Of a stretch of 64,000 bases of DNA, positions 30,030-39,885 are shown one piece after another. Position 1 is the stretch's first letter; every line of letters begins with the position of its first letter. The position numbers and the translations under genes were made by a program. Location: contig JBAZXV010000003.1 in NCBI GenBank assembly GCA_041659685.1, positions 66,040 through 130,039 of the forward strand. The letters run 5' to 3'. The DNA comes from Parcubacteria group bacterium (GTDB lineage Bacteria > Patescibacteriota > Minisyncoccia > Moranbacterales > UBA11712). Below the pieces are notes generated by a model, which did not search any database, was not told the DNA's origin, and saw only the letters and a list, made by a program, of their open reading frames with translations.

Positions 30030-30497
30030 ATGCACGAATTATTCAAAAAAAGAAAATCCGTCCGCAAATTTAAAGACCAGGCGGTCGAACCGGCAAAAAT
30101 AGACGAGATTCTGGAAGCGGCCAATTCCGCCCCTTCCGCCGGAAACCTCAAAGCAAGAAAAATTATTGTTGTTTGGGAAAAAGAAATCAGAGAAAAAATA
30201 TCCGAAGCCGCTTTCGGACAAGACTCCGTAATTAAGGCCCCTGTCGCTTTGGTATTTATCGCTCTTCCCAGGATATCTGCCCGGAAATACAGCTCTCGCG
30301 GAGAAAATCTTTACGCCATTCAGGATGCTACTATTGCGGCCAGTTTTGCCTGGATCGAAGCTGTTAATCTCGGCCTTTCGAGCTGCTGGGTCGGAGGATT
30401 CGAAGAAAATGACATCAAGGAAATCCTTGGACTCGGAACAGATGAAAAACCAGTCGCCATTTTGCCTATCGGATACGGAAAAGGAATTTTCAAATAA
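30030..30497 (+). CDS. Nitroreductase family protein
   Basis: RKSVRKF, APSAGN, GLSSCWVG, PIGY. Confidence 0.92.
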   Translation: MHELFKKRKSVRKFKDQAVEPAKIDEILEAANSAPSAGNLKARKIIVVWEKEIREKISEAAFGQDSVIKAPVALVFIALPRISARKYSSRGENLYAIQDATIAASFAWIEAVNLGLSSCWVGGFEENDIKEILGLGTDEKPVAILPIGYGKGIFK

Positions 30498-30509
30498 AAA
30501 GGAAAAACA

Positions 30510-31337
30510 ATGAAATATTTTCTCATTTTATTGGGCTTGCCGCTTATTTTTTTCGGGTGCAGCCTTCAAAAAAAATCTGTTTCCCCCAACAGCCAGGTTG
30601 CTCAAGCGCCGAATGACAATGCCGGTAATCCCGAGAAAAACGGGCTGCCGAAAATAAATCAGGAAAATACAGATACTGAAACAAAAATACCAATTCTAAT
30701 GTTTCATTATGTAAGAGTTGCGGACAAATCTAAAGATCCGCTTGGCTATAATTTATCCGTCGATCCGGAAACTTTCGGAAAAGAACTGGCCTGGCTCAAG
30801 AAAAATGGTTATACAACAATTCCGATAAGAGGCATCGAAGACGGAAAAGTTCCCGAAAAATCAGTGGTTCTTTCTTTCGATGACGGATACGAAGATTTTT
30901 ATAGCGCGGCCCTTCCCCTGCTTCAGAAATACGAATTCGGCGCATCCGTAGGAATTATTACCAGTAAAATAAATCAGGCCGGTTATCTTTCGGATTCGCA
31001 AATTATGGATTTAATAACAAATAATATCGAGGTCGTTTCGCACAGCGAATCCCACCCCGACCTCACAAAAATTTCCCCGGATAAGGCGCAAAAAGAAATC
31101 AGGGAGAGCAAGAATTTTCTTGAAAATAAATTGGGCATAAGCATTGGTTCATTCGTTTACCCGTCAGGAGAATACAATGGGGAAATAGAAAAAATAGTGA
31201 AGGATTCGGGATATCTTACCGCCTTGACAACTCAGCCGGGAATGGCCGACGCAAAAGGCAATTTGCTCGAACTAAAGAGAATCCGCATCGACAACCGGGA
31301 CGGATTCGAAGGCTTTAAAAAGAAAATAACAAACTGA
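30510..31337 (+). CDS. Polysaccharide deacetylase (CE4, IcaB/PgaB-like) lipoprotein
   Basis: FFGC lipobox, PILMFH, SFDDGY, SHSESH, YPSG. Confidence 0.9.
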   Translation: MKYFLILLGLPLIFFGCSLQKKSVSPNSQVAQAPNDNAGNPEKNGLPKINQENTDTETKIPILMFHYVRVADKSKDPLGYNLSVDPETFGKELAWLKKNGYTTIPIRGIEDGKVPEKSVVLSFDDGYEDFYSAALPLLQKYEFGASVGIITSKINQAGYLSDSQIMDLITNNIEVVSHSESHPDLTKISPDKAQKEIRESKNFLENKLGISIGSFVYPSGEYNGEIEKIVKDSGYLTALTTQPGMADAKGNLLELKRIRIDNRDGFEGFKKKITN

Positions 31338-31341
31338 GAAA

Positions 31342-31620
31342 ATGGCGCGAAAATTTCTAACAATGAAAATTTACGGGAAAGTCCAAGGCGTGGGTTTTCG
31401 GTTTGAAGCGGCAAGAAAGGCGAAAGAACTGAATATCACCGGATTTGCGAGAAATGAGGCCGACCATACCGTCTATATCGAAGCCCAGGGAGACCGCGAA
31501 AACCTCGATAAATTCCTGCATTGGTGCGAGTTCCACGCCCCGTCCCTTGCCAAAGTCACAAGAATTGAGTCAAAATTTTCAAACGATCTTGAAAATTATC
31601 AAACCTTTAAGATATTTTAA
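31342..31620 (+). CDS. acyP: Acylphosphatase
   Basis: GKVQGVGFR, GFARN..D.TV. Confidence 0.93.
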   Translation: MARKFLTMKIYGKVQGVGFRFEAARKAKELNITGFARNEADHTVYIEAQGDRENLDKFLHWCEFHAPSLAKVTRIESKFSNDLENYQTFKIF

Positions 31621-31677
31621 TGAAAAGTATCATTAAAAAGAGACAGCCGGCGGCCGCCTCTTCATTCATTTTAAATT

Positions 31678-32994
31678 TTACTCTTCCCCGTCAAATTCTT
31701 CCATTTTAAATCTTCGGATCATGTAGGCAATTGGATTCTTTTTTGCAAGAATATTGAGAGCGAAATCAACCGCGTTCGAATCTTTCTCAATCGTTCCCAT
31801 GGGAAGGTCCGAAGGCATCCGAAGACTGCTCCATGCATCGCCCGGAAATGTTTTTATCGTAGCTGGCACAGAGATTACCGGCCAATGCGTGTGGGCCGCA
31901 AGTATCGGACCCAGCCCGTTGCTCATGCCGACTTTGGCGATGATCACTCCTCCGGCAGGAAATTCCCTTTCCAATCTTTTAAGTTCTTCAAGGCAAAGGG
32001 CGGTTTTTTTGTGACCGGAAATTATCTTTTCCACTACTTTCACACCCGGAATTTTGGGAACTTCAGGCATTTCGTCTTTTTCTGAACCGGTCCACAAAAC
32101 TAATGCCTGGTCGGATATTTTTGGAAAATCTTGCGTCAGATCGGCCACAAGCTGATATTTTGGTTCGATCATTTCCAGGTCTTCTCCGTCGCGGAAAGCC
32201 TGCTTGGAAAATTCTTTCCATTCGGGATCCCGCAAACGCCAGGAATCATTGTCAATTACATCGGCCACGACAAGCTCTCCGTCCTCGGTTATCCCGAATT
32301 CAATCTTGAGGTCGAGTATCCTGAAGTTTCTTTGCATAAACGCCCCTTCAAGAACCAAAAATGTTTTCTTCATGATTTCGTCCATTTTTTCAAGCCTGCC
32401 TGACTCTCCCAAAAGCACTTTCTTGCGCGATATTGTCCTCTTGAGATCGGATTTTTCATCCCAAACCGGTTTCCAGGCGAAAAGCGGCTTCCAGTTTTCC
32501 TCTTTCGGGTTAAGTATCACGGGATCATCCTGCTCTGAAGTAAGACCTTCAATTAATTTTTCACCGTCGATGACAACGCCCCCTTTAGTGGTCTTCAGAA
32601 AATATTCATTCGCGATGCGGGAAAAATAGTGAGGCGGCTCTCCCGCAGGAACTGTCATATGGGGATTTCTTTTGAGATAGCTTCCGAATGCATAGCGGCG
32701 CGGCACAGCCTCAACCAAAATCATTCGGCAAGGCTTGGCAACAAATTCCACTTCAGAAATTTGCCGCACAAAATGCGTGGGAATGCCGGCCTTTTTCAAA
32801 AGCTCAAAAACCCGGCAAGTCGTGAGATTGGAATTCCGGCCTTTACTTTTGAACTTTTTGGTATATTTAGGATCATTAAATGCGGTTATATCGTCCTTAT
32901 ACTCGACGATCACCGTTTTGGGATCATTTTTATTTTCCCAAATTTTTTTCGTTTTTCCCTCCGCGATAAGTTTCCCTTTTTGATGGCCAGGCAT
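31678..32994 (-). CDS. purC: Bifunctional SAICAR synthetase/AIR carboxylase (PurC-PurE fusion, PAICS-like)
   Basis: N-terminal EGKTK, DDITA, DLKIEFG, ADVIDNDSWRL; C-terminal GSEKD, SGHK, GMSNGLGP, PVISVP, WSSLRMPS. Confidence 0.88.
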   Translation of the reverse strand: MPGHQKGKLIAEGKTKKIWENKNDPKTVIVEYKDDITAFNDPKYTKKFKSKGRNSNLTTCRVFELLKKAGIPTHFVRQISEVEFVAKPCRMILVEAVPRRYAFGSYLKRNPHMTVPAGEPPHYFSRIANEYFLKTTKGGVVIDGEKLIEGLTSEQDDPVILNPKEENWKPLFAWKPVWDEKSDLKRTISRKKVLLGESGRLEKMDEIMKKTFLVLEGAFMQRNFRILDLKIEFGITEDGELVVADVIDNDSWRLRDPEWKEFSKQAFRDGEDLEMIEPKYQLVADLTQDFPKISDQALVLWTGSEKDEMPEVPKIPGVKVVEKIISGHKKTALCLEELKRLEREFPAGGVIIAKVGMSNGLGPILAAHTHWPVISVPATIKTFPGDAWSSLRMPSDLPMGTIEKDSNAVDFALNILAKKNPIAYMIRRFKMEEFDGEE

Positions 32995-33164
32995 GGTGAT
33001 ATGGTTTATTAAATTAGAAAAAGGATTAAAATTTTCGAAAGGCATATTGCTTGGGAATCCAAATTTATCTGAAAATTTTCATTTTTGATTTGCATATGAG
33101 GAAATTTTCGGCTGTCAAATTTGAGATCAGAGTTTTATTTTGAAAAAATCTTTTATTCTTCTGC

Positions 33165-34469
33165 CTATCTTTTCTCAAAAACCCTTTTGAATATATAATC
33201 GACGTGCCGGAGCTTCTTTTCAAGGTCAAAACACCCGTCCAAATCTTCCCTGCTCAAATATTTCATCACTTTTTTGTCACGAATGAGCGCTTCCCGAAAA
33301 TCCTCCTTGCTTTCCCAGCAATTTTGGGCGATATCCCGGACAATCTTATAAGCCTCTTCACGGGGAAGGTTGCTTTTTTTCGCAAGAAGCGTCTGGACAT
33401 CCTGGGAGAAAACCAATCCCCTGGTAAGGAAAATATTTTCCCTCATCTTTTCAGGATAAATTATCCACTTTTCCAGGATGCCTGACAAACGGCTCAGCAT
33501 ATAATCAAGAAGAATCGACGCATCAGGAAGAAAAATTCTTTCCTGGCCGGAGTTTGAAAGATCCCGTTCATCCCAGCTGCTAATCGTCGCCAGGGCCGCT
33601 GCCGCATAACATCGCATCATATTCGCCATTCCGGAAACATTTTCGGCCGCAATAGGATTTCTCTTATGGGGCATAGCTGAAGATCCCCGCTGTTTTTCGG
33701 GATCGAAATATTCCTGGGCCTCAAGAATTTCCGTCCTTTGAAGAGTGCGGATGTTCACTCCGATCTTCTCGACTGTCCCGGCAACAATGGCCAGAACGGA
33801 AACATATTCAGCGCTGATGTCCCGCGAAATTATTTGCGAGGCGATAATGGGCCTCAGTCCTAAAATTTCGCAAGTTGCTTCCTCCACCCCGGGATCGAGC
33901 GTGTACATCCCCACCGCTCCGGAAATCTTCCCCACTGCGACTTGTTTTTCCAGTCTTTCCAGCCTGCTGTCTTGCCGGTTGAATTCGTCGTACCACCTGG
34001 CCAGTTTTGCGCCAAAAGTGATCGGCTCGGCATGAACCCCGTGTGTTCTTCCGATTTGAGGCGTATTTTTATATTTCAAGGCTTTTTCCTTGAGCGCTTC
34101 CTTTATTTTGTCGATCCGAATCCGAAGAAGTTTAATGCTTTCGATAAACTGAAGGCTGAGCGCCGTGTCTTGAGTGTCATAGGAAGTCATTCCGGCGTGC
34201 CAATAAGGACGAATTTCTTCCGGAAGCTGAGGCGAAGTATGCATCAGAAAAGCGATAACATCATGCCTCGTAATCTCTTTTTCAATCCGGTTTATTTCTC
34301 CGGGATCGATCCTTAGCGATTCAACCAAGTTTTTTGGAATTTTTACATCAAGAATCCCCAGGTTGACTTTGGCCGTAAGAACCGCCTCTTCAACCCTTGC
34401 CCAATTGCGAAATTTTGATTCTTCGCTCCAAATTCCATCCATTTCTTTGGTCGAATATCTCGATATCAT
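33165..34469 (-). CDS. purB: Adenylosuccinate lyase
   Basis: MISRY, TRHDV, GRTHGVHAEP.TFG, SGAVG, GSSAMPHKRNP, ERDLS. Confidence 0.96.
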   Translation of the reverse strand: MISRYSTKEMDGIWSEESKFRNWARVEEAVLTAKVNLGILDVKIPKNLVESLRIDPGEINRIEKEITRHDVIAFLMHTSPQLPEEIRPYWHAGMTSYDTQDTALSLQFIESIKLLRIRIDKIKEALKEKALKYKNTPQIGRTHGVHAEPITFGAKLARWYDEFNRQDSRLERLEKQVAVGKISGAVGMYTLDPGVEEATCEILGLRPIIASQIISRDISAEYVSVLAIVAGTVEKIGVNIRTLQRTEILEAQEYFDPEKQRGSSAMPHKRNPIAAENVSGMANMMRCYAAAALATISSWDERDLSNSGQERIFLPDASILLDYMLSRLSGILEKWIIYPEKMRENIFLTRGLVFSQDVQTLLAKKSNLPREEAYKIVRDIAQNCWESKEDFREALIRDKKVMKYLSREDLDGCFDLEKKLRHVDYIFKRVFEKR

Positions 34470-34512
34470 GCTTTATATATCAATAATAATTAGATTATCT
34501 CTTCTGTTTGTA

Positions 34513-34541
34513 TTCTATAAGATTTGGATTTAATTGTCCAA
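34513..34541 (-). promoter_or_regulatory. Putative sigma70 promoter for purB-purCE
   Basis: Minus strand TGGACA-17 nt-TAGAAT. Confidence 0.45.
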
Positions 34542-34572
34542 ATAAAACTGGCCAGCCCCGGAGGACTGGCCC
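34541..34572 (-). terminator. Intrinsic terminator of the small upstream ORF
   Basis: Minus strand GGCCAGTCC-TCCG-GGGCTGGCC followed by AGTTTTATTT. Confidence 0.65.
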
Positions 34573-34590
34573 AAAATGAAAAAGATGAAG

Positions 34591-34734
34591 CTAAGCGGGA
34601 ATAGGTCTTACGACACTTTTTGAGGTCAATTCTTGCGAAGGGCATCTCTCCGGCTGTCTGGTATTTCTTGACGGCGGCGACCACTTCCTCCCGAAATTTT
34701 TCCTGAACTTCGGCGGCCTCTGCAAATATCCCAT
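34591..34734 (-). CDS. Small basic hypothetical protein (47 aa)
   Basis: GGAGGAGG SD before ATG (MGYLQRPPKF); followed by a terminator. Confidence 0.4.
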   Translation of the reverse strand: MGYLQRPPKFRKNFGRKWSPPSRNTRQPERCPSQELTSKSVVRPIPA

Positions 34735-34941
34735 TTTCCCTCCTCCGCTTTCGACCATGACTTTCTCTTCCGCAGGATATAAGTTAAAAACTTCATAACT
34801 CACTCAATGGGAATTATCAATGTTTGCGGGGCGAACTGTTTTATCCAAAATAGTATCCGATGACTATGTTTTCGCGTTTATGCTGTTTTTATGCTAATAT
34901 TTAATCAGAAATTAAAATACAAATTAGCGAGGAGGTGACTT

Positions 34942-35373
34942 ATGGATCCGACATATAACTATAATTACCAATACTCCGGCAATATGCCTCCGGAATCCGG
35001 CGCCGCCGCATTTGCTTTCGCCGGAGGAATGTTTATTTTTGTCCTGCTCGTTATTCTCGTGGTTTACATCCTTGTTGCGCTCTCCCTTATGAAAATTGCC
35101 GAGCGGACAAACACGCCTAACGCCTGGTTCGCCTGGATTCCGATTCTCAACCTCATCTTGATGCTTCAGATCGCCAATCGCCCGATGTGGTGGCTCATTT
35201 TCTGGCTTGTCCCGATCCTGAATATAGCGGGGATCGTCCTTAATTTCGTTATTTGGGTTGATATCGCCAAAAGACTGGGAAAATCGGCTGTCATGGGAGT
35301 ATTAGCGGTCATAATACCGATTATTTTCATGCCTTATCTCGCCTTTTCAAAAAGCGACATTCAGGCGCAATAG
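34942..35373 (+). CDS. DUF5684-like membrane protein
   Basis: W.AWIPILN, PMWW, IAKRLGKS, YLAFS; GGAGGTGA SD. Confidence 0.8.
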   Translation: MDPTYNYNYQYSGNMPPESGAAAFAFAGGMFIFVLLVILVVYILVALSLMKIAERTNTPNAWFAWIPILNLILMLQIANRPMWWLIFWLVPILNIAGIVLNFVIWVDIAKRLGKSAVMGVLAVIIPIIFMPYLAFSKSDIQAQ

Positions 35374-35460
35374 CAAAAAAAAATCATATAGCTTAGCGTA
35401 TAAATATAGTCAAACTTCCGTTTGGCTATATTTTTTGCCCATTGTTGCTATAATAATATT

Positions 35461-36579
35461 ATGGCCTCAAAGAAAATTACAATTATTGCTTCATCAATCA
35501 TTTCCATCGCTGCTGTAGCGGGATTGGGATATTTTATCATTGCTCCGAGTCCTGCAAAAACAACCGGAAATGCACCTACTCAAAACCAAATAACCCCTGA
35601 ACTTGAGTCTTTTCAGGGTGTTTTGGCCGGTGTCTTGGAAGGCATCGAAGAAAATACCGGAAAAATCCCTGAAGTGCTTTCTAATCCTTTTGCCAAAAAA
35701 GAGGGAGCCGCGGCATCACCCGCGCCTTCTTCCGGTGAGAATAATTTTACTTTCGCTATCCTCGGTGACACGCAGCGGTTTACCGCCGGAAATAAACAAG
35801 GCAATTTCCAAAAGGCGACCGCTAACATTAAAAAACAAAATCCGAATATGATCATCGCCGTCGGCGACCTCGTCAGCAACTGCAAGGGAAAAAGCGACGA
35901 CGCTCAAAACTACGACGATTGGAAAAATATTTTAGGCGCGCTAACAAGCAAAACCTATGCCGTGCAGGGAAATCATGACCGAGTGGAAAATTTGGACAAG
36001 TGCGACCGGATTTGGCAGGATACTTTCAATTTCCCGACCAACGGACCAAGCGGTTTTTCAGAACTTACCTATTCCCTGGATTTCAAAAATTCCCATTTCG
36101 TTTTTCTGGACAGCAACAAACCGGACGCGCACCAAGTCAACGATGCGCAGAGAGATTGGCTGGAACAAGACCTGACCAAAAACAAAAAAGAAAATACTTT
36201 CGTTATTTTTCACGAACCGGCTTATCCGACCGGATATAAATCGGGGGAAAGCCTTGACGTCGAACCGTCGCAAAGAAACGCGCTTTGGGAAATTTTGGAC
36301 AGGCATAACGTTACGGCTGTTTTTAACGGCCATGAGCACATCGCAAGCCGCCGAAAAATCGACAGCCAGGTTTCTTCCGCCGCGAAAAACAGCATTTATC
36401 AATTCGTTTTCGGAAATACCGATTCTTTTGATCATACCCTTCCTGCTCCCGGTATCGCCGAATACGCTAATCAAGGCCAGGGGCGTTACGGAATCGTAAA
36501 AGTAAGCGGCAAAGAAATTACGGTTGAAACCCGCGGACCAAACGGAGAAATTCTCGACACGTTCGCCTTCTCGAAATAA
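35461..36579 (+). CDS. Membrane-anchored calcineurin-like metallophosphoesterase
   Basis: GDTQ, GDLV, GNHD, HEP, GHEH. Confidence 0.92.
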   Translation: MASKKITIIASSIISIAAVAGLGYFIIAPSPAKTTGNAPTQNQITPELESFQGVLAGVLEGIEENTGKIPEVLSNPFAKKEGAAASPAPSSGENNFTFAILGDTQRFTAGNKQGNFQKATANIKKQNPNMIIAVGDLVSNCKGKSDDAQNYDDWKNILGALTSKTYAVQGNHDRVENLDKCDRIWQDTFNFPTNGPSGFSELTYSLDFKNSHFVFLDSNKPDAHQVNDAQRDWLEQDLTKNKKENTFVIFHEPAYPTGYKSGESLDVEPSQRNALWEILDRHNVTAVFNGHEHIASRRKIDSQVSSAAKNSIYQFVFGNTDSFDHTLPAPGIAEYANQGQGRYGIVKVSGKEITVETRGPNGEILDTFAFSK

Positions 36580-36656
36580 TTAAGGGAGAAAAAAGGTATT
36601 ATTTAATATGATTTTCAAGTAGCCTTTAAATATTTTTTATTATTAATTCGAAAAAC

Positions 36657-37127
36657 ATGGAAGAAGAAACAAAAAAAGAAAACGAATCCGCGCCGAAAAA
36701 AAGAAACCTATCCGTTTGGATAGCCGCCGCCCTGATAATCATAATAATCGGCATTTTTTATGTGACTCGCGGACGATCCATGTATACAGCGCCTCCCGCT
36801 CAAACTCCGGCCGCGAAGACGCCAAATGAATTATCAGCGTCGGATATTCAGAATATGAGGGTCTTTGAGATATCCGGAAAACCGTTTGAATTCTCGGTGA
36901 AGGAAATAAAAGTGAAAAAAGGAGACAAGGTAAGAATTAATTTTTCTTCCACACAGGGCATGCACGATTGGGTCGTGGATGAATTTAACGCAAAAACAAA
37001 AATCGTCCAAGCGGGTCAAAGCGATTCCATCGAGTTCGTCGCCGACAAAACCGGAATATTTGAATATTACTGCAGCGTGCCGACCCATCGCCAGCAGGGA
37101 ATGGTTGGAAAATTGATCGTGGAATAA
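36657..37127 (+). CDS. Membrane-anchored cupredoxin-domain protein
   Basis: HD, EYYCSVPTH...GM.GKL type-1 copper ligands. Confidence 0.9.
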   Translation: MEEETKKENESAPKKRNLSVWIAAALIIIIIGIFYVTRGRSMYTAPPAQTPAAKTPNELSASDIQNMRVFEISGKPFEFSVKEIKVKKGDKVRINFSSTQGMHDWVVDEFNAKTKIVQAGQSDSIEFVADKTGIFEYYCSVPTHRQQGMVGKLIVE

Positions 37128-37145
37128 AAATAATAAAAAAATAAA

Positions 37146-37370
37146 ATGATTTCTTCATTGGCTTATCACCTCATTGCCGGGTTGCCGCTGGTCGCCTACT
37201 TAGGGATGGCAACTTTAATTTTGCTTTTTTCCACAGCTACGGTTGGTTTCCTTAATTACCGGGGCAATACAAAAATTCCCTTCCGATGGCATCCGCGCCT
37301 TGCCGCGGCTACTCTTGCCGTCGCCGCCGTCCATGCCGTTTTTGCCTTGTCGGCATATATCGGATTTTAA
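37146..37370 (+). CDS. Small two-TM protein with conserved His (possibly heme-binding)
   Basis: FRWH..LA.......VHA. Confidence 0.6.
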   Translation: MISSLAYHLIAGLPLVAYLGMATLILLFSTATVGFLNYRGNTKIPFRWHPRLAAATLAVAAVHAVFALSAYIGF

Positions 37371-37388
37371 AAATTAATTTTCAATTTT

Positions 37389-37619
37389 ATGCCAAAAGTG
37401 CCCGATAACCAGGAAAACGCGAATAAATGTTTTTGCGTCAGATGCCCGACTTTTATCCAAACGGAATGCCCGAAAGAAAAGACGGAAATTCTCTATTGCG
37501 CCAAAGGAAAAACCGACTGTGAACTTTCGAAGAAAGGATGCCTTTGCGGAGCCTGCCCCGTTCACGAAGAATATAATCTTGAAGGCGGATATTTTTGCCT
37601 GCGCGGCGCGGAAAAATGA
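37389..37619 (+). CDS. DUF2769 Cys-rich protein
   Basis: N..KC.C..CPT, LYC..GK..C...KGCLC..CPV....L...YFC. Confidence 0.88.
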   Translation: MPKVPDNQENANKCFCVRCPTFIQTECPKEKTEILYCAKGKTDCELSKKGCLCGACPVHEEYNLEGGYFCLRGAEK

Positions 37620-37641
37620 GAGAACGCTTGAAAGATAAAAA

Positions 37642-37668
37642 CAAATCAGCATGCCAATCTGCTGATTT
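37642..37668. terminator. Bidirectional terminator
   Basis: AAATCAGCA/TGCTGATTT stem with flanking A and T tracts. Confidence 0.65.
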
Positions 37669-37694
37669 ATTTTTTATGGAATATTTCTATAATT

Positions 37695-39185
37695 TTAATT
37701 TCCTCCCGCCCACTTCACCTCGCAAATTTCCGCCAAATTTCTGTTCACGGCAACCAGATTTTTCCCCGACAGTGCGTTTACGTCATTCTCTCCGACAATC
37801 CGGGCAAGTTCCGCGATCTCTTCTGTGGATATTTTAATAAAATTCTTGAGCTTGCGAACGCCTTCATCGACATCGAGTTGTTTTGTGAGTTCCGGCTTAT
37901 GCGTCGTTATGCCTGTGGGGCAAAGCCCCGTGTGACAAATCCGGTATTGCCGGCAATTGATGGCAATAAGCGCCGCCGTGCCAATATAGACTGCGTCTGC
38001 TCCGAGCGCAAGGCATTTAGCAAAATCAGCCGAAAAGCGCAGCCCTCCGCCGGCAATCAATGTTATTTTATCTCTTAACCTGAGCTCGCTAAGAATTTTA
38101 TTCGCCCTTGGTATCGCCGTCCAAATCGGAATTCCGACATTGTCCTTCACATACGCGTCCGTGGCGCCGGTTCCTCCTCCAAATCCGTCGACTGCAATGT
38201 AATCAATTCCCGCCTCGGCCAAAATTTTTATATCCTCCTCAATGTTCCCGCAGCCAATTTTCGCGCCGATCGGAATTCCGCCGGTGATTCCCCGCAGCCA
38301 TTTCACTTTTTTCGAAATTTCCGCAGGCGTCTTCATATCGTGATGATGGGCGGGGGAATAAGCCGGCTCTCCGGTCTTGAGCCCGCGAAGCTTTGAGACT
38401 TCCTCCGTCATTTTTTTGGCCGGAAGATAACTGCCCTTTCCCGGATAAGCCCCCTGGCCGAAACGGATTTCAACCGCCGCCACTTTCTTGAGGACGTCTT
38501 CGTTTATGCCGTATCTCCCCGTAGCGTATTGTCCGATCAAAAATTCTTTGGATTCATAAGCTTCCTCGATTATCCCCCCTTCTCCCGAATTAAAAGCTAT
38601 TTTCAATTCTTTTGCGGCGCGGGAAATAACAAGATGCACATTTTTCGAAGTTGCTCCGAAACTCATTCCGGAAATCATAATCGGAGAAGAAACCCGCAAA
38701 GGTTTTTTTGCCGCCGGACCGATGATTGTTTCCGTATTGACTTTTTCTTCTCGGTTTAAGGGTATTTTTGATATTTGAGCGGGAACGAAATGGAGGCCAT
38801 CAAACGAAAAATCGCAACCGGGATTCCTGAGAGATCCCATCGAGTTCACGATGCTCCTGCCCGTTTCCGCCAAAGTCTTGATATCAACGACCTTCCGATA
38901 AAATTCTTCGCTCTCAAGCGCTTTCTTTTTCCGCATAACCGCTTTTCCGCCTTTGGCGGACGCTAATCCAACTTCGTCCCGATTGCAATAATAAATTTCC
39001 TTAAGATTATTCTCGCTCCAAACTTCGCAACCCGGACAGAGGCATCCTTTAGCATCGATATCGCATCGGCTATGTCCGACTTCCTCAGAACAGTACAAGA
39101 TTTCACCCCGGCAATCATGCGGGTAACTGGGACAATTCGGACAAAGGCATTTCTCCCGGTTTTCCTTTGAATTTTGGACTGGCAT
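37695..39185 (-). CDS. DUF2769-fused FMN-binding glutamate synthase family protein (archaeal GltB2 type)
   Basis: N-terminal DUF2769 Cys pattern; GMSFGA, SGEGG, GQGAYPG, VDG.GGGTGA, ALGAD, C..YR.CH...CPTG.TT. Confidence 0.9.
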   Translation of the reverse strand: MPVQNSKENREKCLCPNCPSYPHDCRGEILYCSEEVGHSRCDIDAKGCLCPGCEVWSENNLKEIYYCNRDEVGLASAKGGKAVMRKKKALESEEFYRKVVDIKTLAETGRSIVNSMGSLRNPGCDFSFDGLHFVPAQISKIPLNREEKVNTETIIGPAAKKPLRVSSPIMISGMSFGATSKNVHLVISRAAKELKIAFNSGEGGIIEEAYESKEFLIGQYATGRYGINEDVLKKVAAVEIRFGQGAYPGKGSYLPAKKMTEEVSKLRGLKTGEPAYSPAHHHDMKTPAEISKKVKWLRGITGGIPIGAKIGCGNIEEDIKILAEAGIDYIAVDGFGGGTGATDAYVKDNVGIPIWTAIPRANKILSELRLRDKITLIAGGGLRFSADFAKCLALGADAVYIGTAALIAINCRQYRICHTGLCPTGITTHKPELTKQLDVDEGVRKLKNFIKISTEEIAELARIVGENDVNALSGKNLVAVNRNLAEICEVKWAGGN

Positions 39186-39487
39186 ACTAATTGAGAAGTA
39201 TTTGTTTATCGCTAATTACTAATACTATACCTAATATCTTTCTTATTTGCCATAACCGGAAAATTTCGCGTAAGCAATAAATCGGTATTTACCCCAGGGC
39301 AAGCCCTGGACCTTATCGGACTGCGCCCCAATATCAAATCGGGGCGGGGCATTAACCGCTTTGATGTCGTCACTCGCCCGGAAATGATCCTGCTAAGCGG
39401 GACCATTTCCCTCGCTTCGTTCGACAATAAAAAGAATTACGCAACGAGTTACGTAATTCCAACACCTTTTATGCCTGCCTCATCTAA

Positions 39488-39784
39488 CTATTCAGATTTT
39501 TGTCCCGGCAGAAGTTCTCGAAAATTTTCGCCCTCTTCCTCTTTAACCAGTAAGTACACCGGACACATGTGGCAGGTTTCCCTCTTTTGCGCAAAAACTC
39601 CCTGGACTTTTTCTCCGCAGAGTGTCCCTGCAATTGCCCAACAGATCCTTCCTCCGTTTTTTCCTTCATTTAGGAGGTCGCTTTCTGAATTTTTATTAAC
39701 CGGACAAACACCCAGCTCGGAAACTTTATCCCCGCCAACTTCGCGTCCGCATTGCAGAAGCTCCCAACAATTGTACTTTTTCAT
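39488..39784 (-). CDS. Two-CW domain protein
   Basis: NCWE...CGRE.GG.....GVCP...GGRICW.IAGTLC...C..C..Y. Confidence 0.85.
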   Translation of the reverse strand: MKKYNCWELLQCGREVGGDKVSELGVCPVNKNSESDLLNEGKNGGRICWAIAGTLCGEKVQGVFAQKRETCHMCPVYLLVKEEEGENFRELLPGQKSE

Positions 39785-39885
39785 TTTTTGAAAATTACTA
39801 TCTTAAACTATATCGACAGTTTGATTATATAAAAATTAAAAAGATTAGTCACGAGATCATTTCCTTCCTTTCTCCTCTTCGGCTG

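Noticed and set aside
34548-34572. PyrR-binding site or ZTP riboswitch upstream of purB
   Set aside because: Better explained as a UNCG-capped terminator of the upstream small ORF; ZTP consensus elements were not found.
39212-39430. Possible gene fragment between the glutamate synthase and two-CW genes
   Set aside because: GC-richer and coding-like, but has an in-frame stop and no recognisable family; it cannot be supported without a search.
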